NCBI GenBank assembly: GCA_964549615.1
Contig: CAZJVP010000099.1
Location: 1-64,000 of the forward strand
DNA from: an uncultured Thermococci archaeon
Lineage (GTDB): Archaea > CAYQAE01 > CAYVLA01
Direction: 5' to 3'
Length of the DNA: 64,000 bases
The notes below the pieces were generated by a model that did not search any database, had not been told where the DNA came from, and saw nothing but the letters and a program-made list of their open reading frames with translations. Numbering within the stretch: position 1 is the first letter of the stretch; each line of letters starts with the position of its first letter. Positions 7,641-17,222 of this stretch are shown in pieces. The position numbers were made by a program, and so were the translations under genes.

Positions 7641-8642
7641 TCACCCTATGGACGTTACCATGGAGTCAAACTTGCCCCGAAGGGCCTCGGCAAGGCCCAT
7701 GACGGATTGTGGATCCCTGCAAAGTACGACTATGGAGCCGTTTCCCCCGGCGCCGGTCCACTTGGCCCCAAGGGCCCCGTTCTCGCGCACCGCCTCAAGG
7801 GCCGCGTAGAGGCGTGGGCTATCCAGCTCCTCCGGACAGAAGGGCCTCAAGCCCTTGTCGTAGCAGGCCTGGTTCTGGTTCATCAGCTCGCCGATCCTTT
7901 CCAGCCTGCATCTTCCCTCCATCTCGGCCCTCGCACGCCGAACCAGGTCCGGGATGTCCCGACCCAGGGTTCTCACTATGAGCGGGTCCTTCTTTACGAA
8001 GTAGTAGTGGTTAAGGGTGTTGAGTATGAGCTTGGTATCCCGGACGCCTCCCACGTCCACGATTACGAGGGGAAGCCTGCGCTTGAGCAGGACCCTTTCA
8101 TACCTGAACCCTCGCTGGAAGTCTATGTAGAGCGGCTGCTCGTGGGCTGCCGCAGTTTGATCCATCATGCCACATCCTATTCCAAGGAGCCCGTTCTCGG
8201 CCCTGTAGGATATGCGCACGATGTCGTCTGCCGAAAGCCCCAGGGAGTAGAGCTCGTCGAAAGCCTTGGCCGTGGAGACGCACAGGGCGGCGGAGGAGGA
8301 AAGCCCCTTCTTCATGGGGACGTCGGAGCTTATCTTCAGGTCCGTTCCGCCCAGCTTGAGCCCCCTTTCAAGCATCGCCGCCACGACCGCGTTGACGTAC
8401 TTTAGCGAGCTCTCCCTGATGGGAAGCTCGAGGGCCCTTCGCAGTTCGAAGCTTGCATGGTCATCGGCATTGCTGACCGAATTTGAGATCGCGATGCGAA
8501 TCTCGCCCGACCCCGTTCTCCAAGCCTGCGTCACGATCCTCCTGTCGATGGAGGATGCCAGCACCTGGCGCCGCGCCCAGTCGCAGTGATCCCCCAGCAG
8601 GCATACCCTGCCGAACCCGACCCCTGTAGCGGAATCAGGCAA
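7641..8642 (-). CDS. GHMP sugar kinase (galactokinase-related)
   Basis: GRVCLLGDHCDW, PMKKGLSSSAA, CGMMDQ, GAKWTGAGGNG. Confidence 0.85.
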   Translation of the reverse strand: MPDSATGVGFGRVCLLGDHCDWARRQVLASSIDRRIVTQAWRTGSGEIRIAISNSVSNADDHASFELRRALELPIRESSLKYVNAVVAAMLERGLKLGGTDLKISSDVPMKKGLSSSAALCVSTAKAFDELYSLGLSADDIVRISYRAENGLLGIGCGMMDQTAAAHEQPLYIDFQRGFRYERVLLKRRLPLVIVDVGGVRDTKLILNTLNHYYFVKKDPLIVRTLGRDIPDLVRRARAEMEGRCRLERIGELMNQNQACYDKGLRPFCPEELDSPRLYAALEAVRENGALGAKWTGAGGNGSIVVLCRDPQSVMGLAEALRGKFDSMVTSIG

Positions 8643-9774
8643 CCTTGCGCCCCCTGGACACCAAGCCTCGGCTTGCCAGCTCCTCTGAGGCTTGGTTGAA
8701 TCGATCCGCTGACTTCTGGGTCATCGCCCATTCGAGGAACTCTTTCATCCCTTCCCTGAACCCAACGCTGGGCCGGTACCCATGCCGCTCGATCTTGGCG
8801 ATGTCGGCGTAGCAGTGCCTTATGTCGCCGGAGCGGTACTGCCCAGGGACGTACGGCTCCATGTCGGCAGCACAGATCTCGATCACGGCCTGGGCGACGC
8901 GCATCACCGAGGTCGGGACCCCTGTGCCCACGTTGAAGCAGTCACCCCCCATCGCCCTCTTCCTCATTGCCAGCACGTTGGCCTGAACGACGTCCCTCAC
9001 GTTGACGAAGTCGCGCGTCTGTTCCCCGTCCTCATATACGACGGGTGGCTGGCCGGCCCTCACCCTCGAGTGGAAGATGGCCGCGACGCCCGTGTACGGA
9101 TTGGTCAGCGACTGTCCGGGCCCGTAAACGCAGAAGTACCTCAAGACCGTTGTGGAAATGCCGTACGCCCTGCCGATCTGAAGGGACATCTCCTCCTGGT
9201 CCCGCTTGGTGGTCGCGTAGATCGACGTCGGGCGGAGCGGTTTCTCCTCGTTCGTTGGCACGGCCGAGACGGCACCCAGCCCGCAAACCGGGCATAGGGG
9301 CTCCCACACGCCCTTCCGGAGAAGATCCTCGGATCTCAATCCGGGGTAGACAACCCCGCAGCGCTCGCATTCGTAGGCGCCCTCGCCGTAGACGGTATTG
9401 GAGGACGCGACTATCAGTTTGTCCACATCGTGCTCCTTGTTCGCCAAGTGGTCGAGCAAATTGGCAGTTCCCAGCGTGTTCACATGCACGTATCTGGAGA
9501 TCTGGTACATGCTCTGGCCTATCCCGACCGCTGCGGCCTCGTGAAAAACGACCCGGACGTCCTCAAGCGCGCGCTCCCAAGCGCTAGGATCCCTCACGTC
9601 CCCCTGGACGAACTCGACGCCGCATGGGGGCTCCCTCTGGGCGCCGGAATGAACCTGGGAATCGAGATTATCCATGACGCGCACGGGGTATCCGATACCC
9701 ACGAGCCTCCTTGACAGATGGGAGCCTATGAATCCCATGCCCCCGGTGACGAGAACCAGCCCTTTTTCCTTCAT
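8635..9774 (-). CDS. extended SDR nucleotide-sugar epimerase/dehydratase with CxxC-CxxC insertion (WbiB-like)
   Basis: TGGMGFIGS, HEAA.VG, YATTK (YxxxK), NPYTGV, EDGEQTRDFV; CERC...CPVC insert. Confidence 0.88.
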   Translation of the reverse strand: MKEKGLVLVTGGMGFIGSHLSRRLVGIGYPVRVMDNLDSQVHSGAQREPPCGVEFVQGDVRDPSAWERALEDVRVVFHEAAAVGIGQSMYQISRYVHVNTLGTANLLDHLANKEHDVDKLIVASSNTVYGEGAYECERCGVVYPGLRSEDLLRKGVWEPLCPVCGLGAVSAVPTNEEKPLRPTSIYATTKRDQEEMSLQIGRAYGISTTVLRYFCVYGPGQSLTNPYTGVAAIFHSRVRAGQPPVVYEDGEQTRDFVNVRDVVQANVLAMRKRAMGGDCFNVGTGVPTSVMRVAQAVIEICAADMEPYVPGQYRSGDIRHCYADIAKIERHGYRPSVGFREGMKEFLEWAMTQKSADRFNQASEELASRGLVSRGRKVA

Positions 9775-9883
9775 TTGGACTGCAATGAGGGTCCGTGCTG
9801 AAAAATCGCTGTCCGCCGAGGAGCGCAGCAGCGCGGACTTCGAATAGCAACCCTAGCCTGAGGCGACGGGGCGTCGGCCGTTC

Positions 9884-10783
9884 CTAGGTCCTAGGACGCG
9901 TGAGCCTGTAGGCCCGACCTACGCCGGGTTGACCTGAACCGAAGAGCTGCAATGCGAACCATGTCCATGCCATGACCATGAATGGAAGGGAGGGGAAGGT
10001 GATTGACCGATCGTGATGGAAAGTATAGTGGAAGTCCGTGGCGGAAATCGCCTCGGTGAGAAGTCCCCTGCCAAGCCTCGGCACCGGTTGGACCAGGATG
10101 ACTAGGGAGAGAGCTACGAAGGATGTCCGCCAGAGATCGCCTCTTTGGGCCAGGAGCCCAAGAAACGAACCCAGCCCGATGACGAACGCGAAGGTCAGGT
10201 AGGGCTCTAATGAAAGGGCTAGGTCCCTCGGTATCGACCCCATGTACACCGGGCCGTGTGCGATGCTTTCGCCCCTCCAGTACCCGGACCCGGACAGCGT
10301 CTTGTAACCCGCCAAGGCCAGAAGGCTGAACACGATCGCCGCTGGGAGGAGCATGCAGATCAGGGAAGCGATCGCGCGACGATCTCTCACGCGGCGCGTA
10401 ACGATCATCATGCTGCACGCTGCGGAAGATGCCAACAACGCATAGATGAACAACCTTTCGACGTAGCTTTCAACGAAGAGGGCAGCCGGCACGTTCAAAA
10501 GTCGTCCCACCGGCCTGACCACGGCAACCCATAACCGGATGGCGTGGTTGGCCACCATCAACGCACAAGAGCACCCAACCAAGCCATAGCCAATGAGGCC
10601 GAACCGACCCCGGGGACCGCTGGATCTCCACAGCTCGAAAAGGCAGAAACTCTGGATCCCGATGAGGAGAGTCCAGACGGAAAGGTGGACGAGCGCTTGG
10701 GTAGGCGGATAGTCGATCATGTTGACGGTTGCAAATCCGAGCACGCCCAAGAGGTCATCAGCGTAGCAGTCGGCGATCGCCAC
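9884..10783 (-). CDS. multi-pass membrane protein of unknown function (true start probably upstream, ~10850)
   Basis: Several hydrophobic segments. The frame continues upstream as AFSTLTLALILLG with no ATG/GTG/TTG, abutting the stop of galU copy 2. Confidence 0.6.
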   Translation of the reverse strand: MAIADCYADDLLGVLGFATVNMIDYPPTQALVHLSVWTLLIGIQSFCLFELWRSSGPRGRFGLIGYGLVGCSCALMVANHAIRLWVAVVRPVGRLLNVPAALFVESYVERLFIYALLASSAACSMMIVTRRVRDRRAIASLICMLLPAAIVFSLLALAGYKTLSGSGYWRGESIAHGPVYMGSIPRDLALSLEPYLTFAFVIGLGSFLGLLAQRGDLWRTSFVALSLVILVQPVPRLGRGLLTEAISATDFHYTFHHDRSITFPSLPFMVMAWTWFALQLFGSGQPGVGRAYRLTRPRT

Positions 10784-10848
10784 CCCCAGCAGGATGAGCG
10801 CAAGCGTTAGCGTGGAGAATGCGGGCCGAGCTGCCGGCGGAGAGCGCT

Positions 10849-11739
10849 CTACTTCGATGACCGCATCATCTTCCGGATGTCTTCCTTCAACTTGGGGCCT
10901 AATTCCGGATCCCTCAAGCAGAGGTCGATGAAGGCAAGCGCGTACGAGTACGGCGTCCCGATGTCGTGAACGATGTTGCCCTCGTCAAGAACAAGGCCAT
11001 AGACCTCCTTTCCCTCACTCAAAAGAACGCCTATCGCGTCCGTAAGTTGCCTTTCCCCGCCCACCCCGATGGGGGTCTTCTTGATTGCATCCAAGATGCT
11101 TGCGTCAAACACGTACCTACCGGCGAGCGCAAGGTTGCTGGGGGCCTTCTCCACGGGTGGCTTCTCCACAACTCCGGTTATCCTCACCAACTCGCCGGAG
11201 TCCTCAACCTTTGCGACCCCGTAGCGAATCGAATCCTCCGGGCTTATCTTCTTCAAAGCGACGACCGCTGCGCAATTTTTTGACTCGTAGATGCTCATCA
11301 GGGATGAAAGGAAGTGTCCGCTGCGCCGGTTGACCACGATGTTGTCGCCCAAACAGACGACGAACGGCTTGCCGTCGACGAAAACCTCGGCGAGCGAGAC
11401 CGCATCGGCAATGCCGGTTGGGCAGCTCTGCCTCGTGAAAAGAAGCTGTATGCCCTGTCTTGCAAACAGCTTGATTCCAGCGGACTGCGCGCTGATCCCG
11501 CGCTTCGCCAGCTGGTCCCACAGAATCTGGTCGTAGTCGAAGTGGTCCTCGATGCTCCTTTTCCTTGCCCCCGTCACTATGAGGATCTCTTTCAGGCCCG
11601 CCTCGACGGCTTCCTCGACCACGTACTGTATCACAGGCTTGCGGCCAATCGGCAGCATCTCCTTCGGCTGGGATTTGGTCGCGGGCAAGAGCCTCATCCC
11701 GAAGCCCGCTGCCGGTATGACGCACTTCCTGATCCTCAT
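10849..11739 (-). CDS. galU: UTP-glucose-1-phosphate uridylyltransferase-like protein, paralogue 2
   Basis: MRIRKCVIPAAGFGMRLLPATKSQPKEM, VVEKP, ERQLTDAI; clear paralogue of 6663..7562. Confidence 0.85.
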   Translation of the reverse strand: MRIRKCVIPAAGFGMRLLPATKSQPKEMLPIGRKPVIQYVVEEAVEAGLKEILIVTGARKRSIEDHFDYDQILWDQLAKRGISAQSAGIKLFARQGIQLLFTRQSCPTGIADAVSLAEVFVDGKPFVVCLGDNIVVNRRSGHFLSSLMSIYESKNCAAVVALKKISPEDSIRYGVAKVEDSGELVRITGVVEKPPVEKAPSNLALAGRYVFDASILDAIKKTPIGVGGERQLTDAIGVLLSEGKEVYGLVLDEGNIVHDIGTPYSYALAFIDLCLRDPELGPKLKEDIRKMMRSSK

Positions 11740-11948
11740 TGACCCAGCCTGTGGTGGACCCGCCTTTAAGCTGAACATGCCCAGGGTCTAAACATCAGGA
11801 AGAGGGAATGGAAAGGTTTCTATACCAAGTCAAATCGCCTGGGAATCCAGCATATCAGGGAACGGGTCTCTCTTGAACACCAAGGCGGGGCACTCTTCGC
11901 CCGAATGTAATATGAGGAGCAGGCCCTAGAGTGGAGATCTGATCCGGA

Positions 11949-13274
11949 TTGGCAGTATCGATCTTGGGACTCGGTTACGTAGGGATGACCCTTTCGTTGA
12001 AGCTCGCCGAGGCAGGCCAAGACGTCTTCGGCGTTGACTGCAACGAGAGCATCGTCCGGACCCTAATGCAAGGGAGGGTGCATCTTTCCGAGCCGGGCCT
12101 GCAGGAGCTCCTCGGGAAGCACCTCGGCAAGAGATTCTTCCCGTCAACCCGTCTCCCGCCGCACCATCATGGCTCAAGTTACGTGATCTGCGTGAACACC
12201 CCCGTTGATTCGGTGGGGAGGATCGACCTCTCGCCCCTGACGGCCGCGGCCTCTGACGTTGGGCGGTCGCTTCGTGAGGGCGACCTCGTTGCAGTCAGGT
12301 CCACGGTTCCCCCCGGGACAACGAGGAGGATGGTGGTACCGACGCTTGAATCCTGCTCGGGGCTTCAGGCAGGGCGGGACTTTGGCGTCTGCGTTGCACC
12401 GGAGCGGACGGTCGAGGGGAAAGCTTTAGCTGAGCTCGGGCGACTGCCTCAGATCATAGGGGGATTCGACGCCTCTTCCGCTGAGGCTGGCCAGGCACTT
12501 TTCCGGTCCGTCACGCCCGATACAAGGGTGGTGTCAAGCATGGAGGCCGCGGAGATGGTCAAGCTGCTGGACAACTGCTACAGGTATGCCGTCTTCGCCA
12601 TAGGCAACGAGTTCGGCCTGGCCTGCGAGGCCCTTGGCCTTGACGCGGCAGAGGTGATTGAAGCGGCAAACTGGCACTATCCGCGCAATGACATAAAGAT
12701 GCCCGGCGCAGGCGTCGGAGGCGGATGTCTCCCTAAGGATGCCAGGATGATGATAGACGCCATGAAGCGCTCCGGGGTGTCGCCGACCCTCTTGCGAGCG
12801 GCGAGGAAGGTGAACGAGGGCATGCCGCGCCGCATATTCGAGATCGTCGACGGCTTCCATGCCGCCAACCGGATACCTAAGAATCGGTCCAAGATACTGA
12901 TCCTAGGCTTCGCATTCAAAGGGAAACCGCAAGTCAACGATACGAGGCACTCTCCGGGCGGTTACCTCTCGCGCCTCTTGCGCAAAAGCGGGTACAACGT
13001 TTGCGGCTACGACCCGGCCGTCAGCGAGGACCAGATCAGGTCCTTCGGGGCGGAGCCATGCGAAGTGCAGGAGGGATTTATGCAGGCCACGGCAGCTGTG
13101 GCCATGAACGACAATCCGACGTTCGCAGACCTTGACCTCGCAAAGCTGTCAAGGAGGATGTCAAGCCCATGCCTGATCGTCGATGGCTGGAGGATACTGG
13201 ACGATTCCCGGCTTGGGGCGCGCGAGGGCGTCATCTTTCGGAGGCTCGGCAACGGTAGAACTCGGGGTCCCTGA
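11949..13274 (+). CDS. wecC: nucleotide-sugar 6-dehydrogenase (UDP-ManNAc dehydrogenase-like)
   Basis: GLGYVG, CVNTP, RSTVPPGTT, PERTVEGKAL, GVGGGCLPKD, GFAFKG.P..ND.R.SP. Confidence 0.8.
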   Translation: MAVSILGLGYVGMTLSLKLAEAGQDVFGVDCNESIVRTLMQGRVHLSEPGLQELLGKHLGKRFFPSTRLPPHHHGSSYVICVNTPVDSVGRIDLSPLTAAASDVGRSLREGDLVAVRSTVPPGTTRRMVVPTLESCSGLQAGRDFGVCVAPERTVEGKALAELGRLPQIIGGFDASSAEAGQALFRSVTPDTRVVSSMEAAEMVKLLDNCYRYAVFAIGNEFGLACEALGLDAAEVIEAANWHYPRNDIKMPGAGVGGGCLPKDARMMIDAMKRSGVSPTLLRAARKVNEGMPRRIFEIVDGFHAANRIPKNRSKILILGFAFKGKPQVNDTRHSPGGYLSRLLRKSGYNVCGYDPAVSEDQIRSFGAEPCEVQEGFMQATAAVAMNDNPTFADLDLAKLSRRMSSPCLIVDGWRILDDSRLGAREGVIFRRLGNGRTRGP

Positions 13275-13285
13275 GGTAGTCGACC

Positions 13286-14455
13286 TTGAGGATAGGTTTT
13301 GTGTCGCCCTACTACTACCCCGCGATGATCGGCGGAATCGAGTGGTACCTGTATCACGTTTCGAGGCTTTTGGCCCGCAAGGGGCATGAGGTGGAGGTCT
13401 TCACAACCAACGCTGGCGCGACGCGCAAAGACCTTCCGGCAGAGGAAGATTCTGAGGGCGTCCGGATCCACAGGTTCAGGCCCGCGCTGGACGTCACCTA
13501 CCGCATCAAGCTCTGGCCCTCCCTGATCCCGCGGCTGAGGTCAAACGACCTCCAGGTCGTGCATGCTTTTGACTACGCGCAGTTCCACGACCTTGCAGTC
13601 GCCCTGGCCCGCGCCTCATCCGGGTGGCGTTCAGTGGTGACGGTATATGACGTGCACTCCCAGATCCCCAGGGCGCCGGCCAAGTCGGCGGCCCTACGGG
13701 TTTTCGATCACTACCTGGCAGGCGCGATCCTTCGCGCGTTTGACAAGGTTCTCGTCAGGACTCCGTATCAAGCGGAGTTCGCCAGGGGACTGGGGATAGG
13801 CGAGGAAAGGCTTGAGCTTGCGCCACCCGGCATCGACGATGAGAGCTTCGAAGAAGTTGAGGCGAAGAAGATCCAAGAGGTCAGGGCCAGGTACGCTTGC
13901 GACGGATCGCACATGATCCTCTACGTAGGCAGGATACACCCCATCAAGGGAATAGACGTTCTGATACGGGCGCTGGCGTGGCTCAAGGGAAGGGGACTTC
14001 GCGCCAGGCTGATCGTGGTCGGACCGGACCAATCCGGCTACACCCCGACCCTACAGCGCCTGGCCTCGACGCTGGACGTTGCAGGGATGGTGATCTTCAC
14101 TGGCTATCTGGAGGAGGATGAGAAGAGAAGGCTTCAGGCGGCCTCGGACGTCGCGGTTCTCCCCAGCAGCTTTGAAGGCTTCGGCCAAGCCTTGATACAG
14201 GCCATGGCACATGGGACCCCCGTGATCGGCACCAATGTGGGTGGGATACCCTGGGTGCTGGAGCAGGGAAACGCGGGTCTTCTCGTTCCCTACGGCGACC
14301 ATGTATCGCTGGCGAAGAGCATTGAGCGGATCGTGTCTGACGACGACCTGAGAAGGAGCCTTGTCCAGAGAGGCAGAGAGAGGGCCCGCCAGTTCTCCTA
14401 CCCGGCTCTCGTTGAGAACCTCGAAGCGATCTATCGACGACTCTGCGCGACGTGA
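13286..14455 (+). CDS. GT4 family glycosyltransferase
   Basis: YYP..GGIE, YVGRI.P.KG, PS.FEGFG..L.QAMA.GTPVI. Confidence 0.9.
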   Translation: MRIGFVSPYYYPAMIGGIEWYLYHVSRLLARKGHEVEVFTTNAGATRKDLPAEEDSEGVRIHRFRPALDVTYRIKLWPSLIPRLRSNDLQVVHAFDYAQFHDLAVALARASSGWRSVVTVYDVHSQIPRAPAKSAALRVFDHYLAGAILRAFDKVLVRTPYQAEFARGLGIGEERLELAPPGIDDESFEEVEAKKIQEVRARYACDGSHMILYVGRIHPIKGIDVLIRALAWLKGRGLRARLIVVGPDQSGYTPTLQRLASTLDVAGMVIFTGYLEEDEKRRLQAASDVAVLPSSFEGFGQALIQAMAHGTPVIGTNVGGIPWVLEQGNAGLLVPYGDHVSLAKSIERIVSDDDLRRSLVQRGRERARQFSYPALVENLEAIYRRLCAT

Positions 14456-14526
14456 CGGAACCCGGTTCCCTATATCCTGGACGGCAAAGGGAGATAGGAT
14501 GCCGAACGGACGGTTCCGCAAGCAGC

Positions 14527-15405
14527 CTACCGGATTTCCAGCCCGAGCATCTGCCGCGTCTCAACGGGGCAGGCAACATCCCGGCCAAGTTCCCCGGCCA
14601 ATTTCGCCGCCCTCCGGACCAGCTGGGGATTCGTGGCGAGGATTTTCTTCCCGTGGTCGAAGTAGATGTTGTCCTCAAGACCGACCCGGACGCCCGCGCC
14701 GATGGCTATCGCAACCGCCGTCATCGTCAGCTGGAACCGGCCCACGCCGCCGACCGACCAGATCGCGTTGTCCGGAAGACATCCAGACATATGAGAAAGG
14801 CTCGATATGTTCGCCCGGGCCGACCCCAGAGAGCCCAGTATCAGGTTGAAGTAAGGCCTGTCATCGTTCGAGAGGATGCCCTTTCTCATTAGGTAGACGC
14901 CGTAGTTTATCATGCCCGCCTCGAAAACCTCCAGCTCGGGCTTGATCCCCCTCTGTCTCATCAGGCTGGCCAGATGGACCACGGTCTCAGGCGGGTTTGC
15001 GCTGATGGTGTCAGGGAAGTTGAAGGATCCGAGGGTGAGGCTTGCCATGTCAGGCCGCTCCTCCCCCTGCAGGGAAAGGACCTCTGACCGCAGCTCAGGC
15101 TTGTTGTGCACCCTGCCGCTCGTGCTGGCGCAGATCACCAGATGCGGGTCCTTATCCCTGATCCTTCCTATGATTTCGGCGTAGATTTCCTTGCGGTAGG
15201 TCGGCTTTCCGTCCTCGTCCCTGGCATGGACGTGAACGATCGATGCGCCTTCCCGCGCGCAGGCCAGCGCATCATCGGCTATCTCCTGCGGCGTAATCGG
15301 CACGTTAGGGTTGTCGGATTTCGTCGGGACGACCCCGGTGAGCGCGACGTTGATGATGAGCTTCGGGAAGGGCCTGATCGGGTGGTCTTGAAGCCGGTCC
15401 TCCAT
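14527..15405 (-). CDS. kce: beta-keto acid cleavage enzyme (BKACE/DUF849, 3-keto-5-aminohexanoate cleavage family)
   Basis: NVALTG, NP.VPITP.EI, GASIVHVHARD (HxH), DMASL.LGSFNF, PELEVF, RVGLEDN. Family is clear; substrate is not. Confidence 0.85.
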   Translation of the reverse strand: MEDRLQDHPIRPFPKLIINVALTGVVPTKSDNPNVPITPQEIADDALACAREGASIVHVHARDEDGKPTYRKEIYAEIIGRIRDKDPHLVICASTSGRVHNKPELRSEVLSLQGEERPDMASLTLGSFNFPDTISANPPETVVHLASLMRQRGIKPELEVFEAGMINYGVYLMRKGILSNDDRPYFNLILGSLGSARANISSLSHMSGCLPDNAIWSVGGVGRFQLTMTAVAIAIGAGVRVGLEDNIYFDHGKKILATNPQLVRRAAKLAGELGRDVACPVETRQMLGLEIR

Positions 15406-15726
15406 ACCGTCTAGTTCGCGCCGAGGCGCTAAATAGTCGGGAATGCGAACGAATCGGAGGATTCCAATCTCGACGCCCCCAAGCCGATCGCGGGTCCTCG
15501 GGAATGATTCCTGCCGCAGTAGGACCCACGGACGGTCAGGGCCGCCGGGCTTCCCTCGCCAGAATTGCCTGGCCCCAAAGGCATGGACAAGCGATCAGCT
15601 GGCCGCTTCACAACCTACCGCTTAAGCGAAGATCAGGTTACGCGTGGGTTTCTAGGGCTCGGCGCACCCGGGAAGCAGTTGACGGCAGGAGGCTTGACCT
15701 AAGTGGTGGGGGGATGCGGAGCGCAA

Positions 15727-16695
15727 CTATCCTACGCTTGGCGTCAGGAAGACAGCGTAAAGCAGAAAGGAGGCGGCCGAGAGGGCGGCCTCGATCAACC
15801 AGACCTCGTAGACAAGGTGCCTCTCATCGGACGGAAAATGAACCATCAGGAAGTGTACGAAAGCCCAGCAAGACCCAGGGATGAGCCTGCCGTCAGGACC
15901 GATTCTCGAATGCCCGGTTACGGACTTCGGGGCGAACCGGTTTCGGACCTTGCAGAACAGCTCGACAAGGTGAGGGGCAAGGATCAAAGGCAGCACGAGC
16001 TCCGCCTTGGCAAGAAGGGCGGAGAGGCCAAGGACGCCGCCCATGGTCAGGGTGCCGATGTCCCCGGGAAACGCCCTCGAGGGATATTTGTTGAAATACA
16101 GGAAGGAGAGGCATGCACCTGCCAGGCTGCAGCTCAGGAATGCGCCTTCCGGCATCGATCCCACTGCGGACATCCCTAGAACGGCGAGTGCCGCGATAGC
16201 GGTCGTGCCGGCCTCCAAGCCGTTAAAACCCGCAAGGATGTTGACCGCATTTGCGGAAACCGAGACGGCCAAACCCATCACAAGGCCCAGGAGGGAACTT
16301 GGAATCAGGTCGCCAAGGATAGGAGAAGCTTCCGGCCTGTTCATGCAGAGGACCGCCGTGGAGCCGATCAAGGAGAGGCTGAACTTGGTTCTTCCCCTGA
16401 TCTCGAAGACGTCGTCGAAGGCACCGATGGCGGCCATGACAAGCACCACCGCGAAGACCAGCCAAGCGGCCTTGATGCCCAGAGGAACGGAAACGATTGC
16501 TGCCGTGGCTAGAATCCCCAGCACGATGCCGATGCCTGCCATCTCCACCACCTCGGTCTTCTCGGCCTTATGGAGATCCACGCCGGTCATGCCCCTCCCC
16601 GCCAGCAAGGGGATGGCGGCACGGGTGAAGACGAAGGTCAGGGCAGCGGACAAAGGAAAGCATGCCGCCGCGACCGATGCCACGCTGGATGCCAT
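15727..16695 (-). CDS. aglH: UDP-GlcNAc:dolichyl-phosphate GlcNAc-1-P transferase (AglH/ALG7, MraY-like family)
   Basis: G.DLHK, VEMAG, GAFDD, NAVNILAGFNGLEAG, FNKYPSRAFPGD.GT; multi-pass membrane protein. Confidence 0.8.
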   Translation of the reverse strand: MASSVASVAAACFPLSAALTFVFTRAAIPLLAGRGMTGVDLHKAEKTEVVEMAGIGIVLGILATAAIVSVPLGIKAAWLVFAVVLVMAAIGAFDDVFEIRGRTKFSLSLIGSTAVLCMNRPEASPILGDLIPSSLLGLVMGLAVSVSANAVNILAGFNGLEAGTTAIAALAVLGMSAVGSMPEGAFLSCSLAGACLSFLYFNKYPSRAFPGDIGTLTMGGVLGLSALLAKAELVLPLILAPHLVELFCKVRNRFAPKSVTGHSRIGPDGRLIPGSCWAFVHFLMVHFPSDERHLVYEVWLIEAALSAASFLLYAVFLTPSVG

Positions 16696-16718
16696 CTGCC
16701 TTCCCTTCCCCCTTCGAT

Positions 16719-17222
16719 CTACCATACGAGAAGTCTTCGTAGCATGCCGAGCTTGTGAAGTATCCACATAGCGCCGGCGATGGTTGCCCTTCTTCTCTCA
16801 ATACACCACTTCATGAACTTGACCAGCCAACTGCTCTCCTCCACGCTCCGGACAACGGACCTCGTGACCGCGGGCACCGTCAAGGCAAGCCTGCCCGCGA
16901 CCAGTGCCACGAAAGCTGCAGAGAGGGAGAGAGCGATCAGGGCGTTTGCCGCTCGGCTCCCCTCAACGATGTACGTGCCCCAGGAAACGCCTCGCTCGCC
17001 CGAGATCGTGACCACGCCAAAAAATCCCAGCGCCCAGACCAGTGTGACGGAGATGATGAAGCTCGACACGACCGTCGCGACCAGCCCGTCCAAGGACGCC
17101 CATACGCCAACCAGCCTCTTGACGCCCCGGCGGGATATCGGACTCGTGCCGATCATCGTGCCGAACCCGTAGAAACTCAGGGCAAACACGACGATCCCTG
17201 AAAGCAGGGAAATCGCGTTCAC
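16719..17222 (-). CDS. small membrane protein (3-4 TM) of unknown function
   Basis: GTG at 17222 overlaps the upstream stop (GTGA); hydrophobic segments. Confidence 0.65.
   Translation of the reverse strand: MNAISLLSGIVVFALSFYGFGTMIGTSPISRRGVKRLVGVWASLDGLVATVVSSFIISVTLVWALGFFGVVTISGERGVSWGTYIVEGSRAANALIALSLSAAFVALVAGRLALTVPAVTRSVVRSVEESSWLVKFMKWCIERRRATIAGAMWILHKLGMLRRLLVW

Noticed and set aside
15429-15627. Structured spacer or 60-aa ORF upstream of the BKACE gene (GGGTCCT/AGGACCC stem at 15492-15527)
   Set aside because: Short stems are expected in GC-rich DNA; no recognisable riboswitch or tRNA features.
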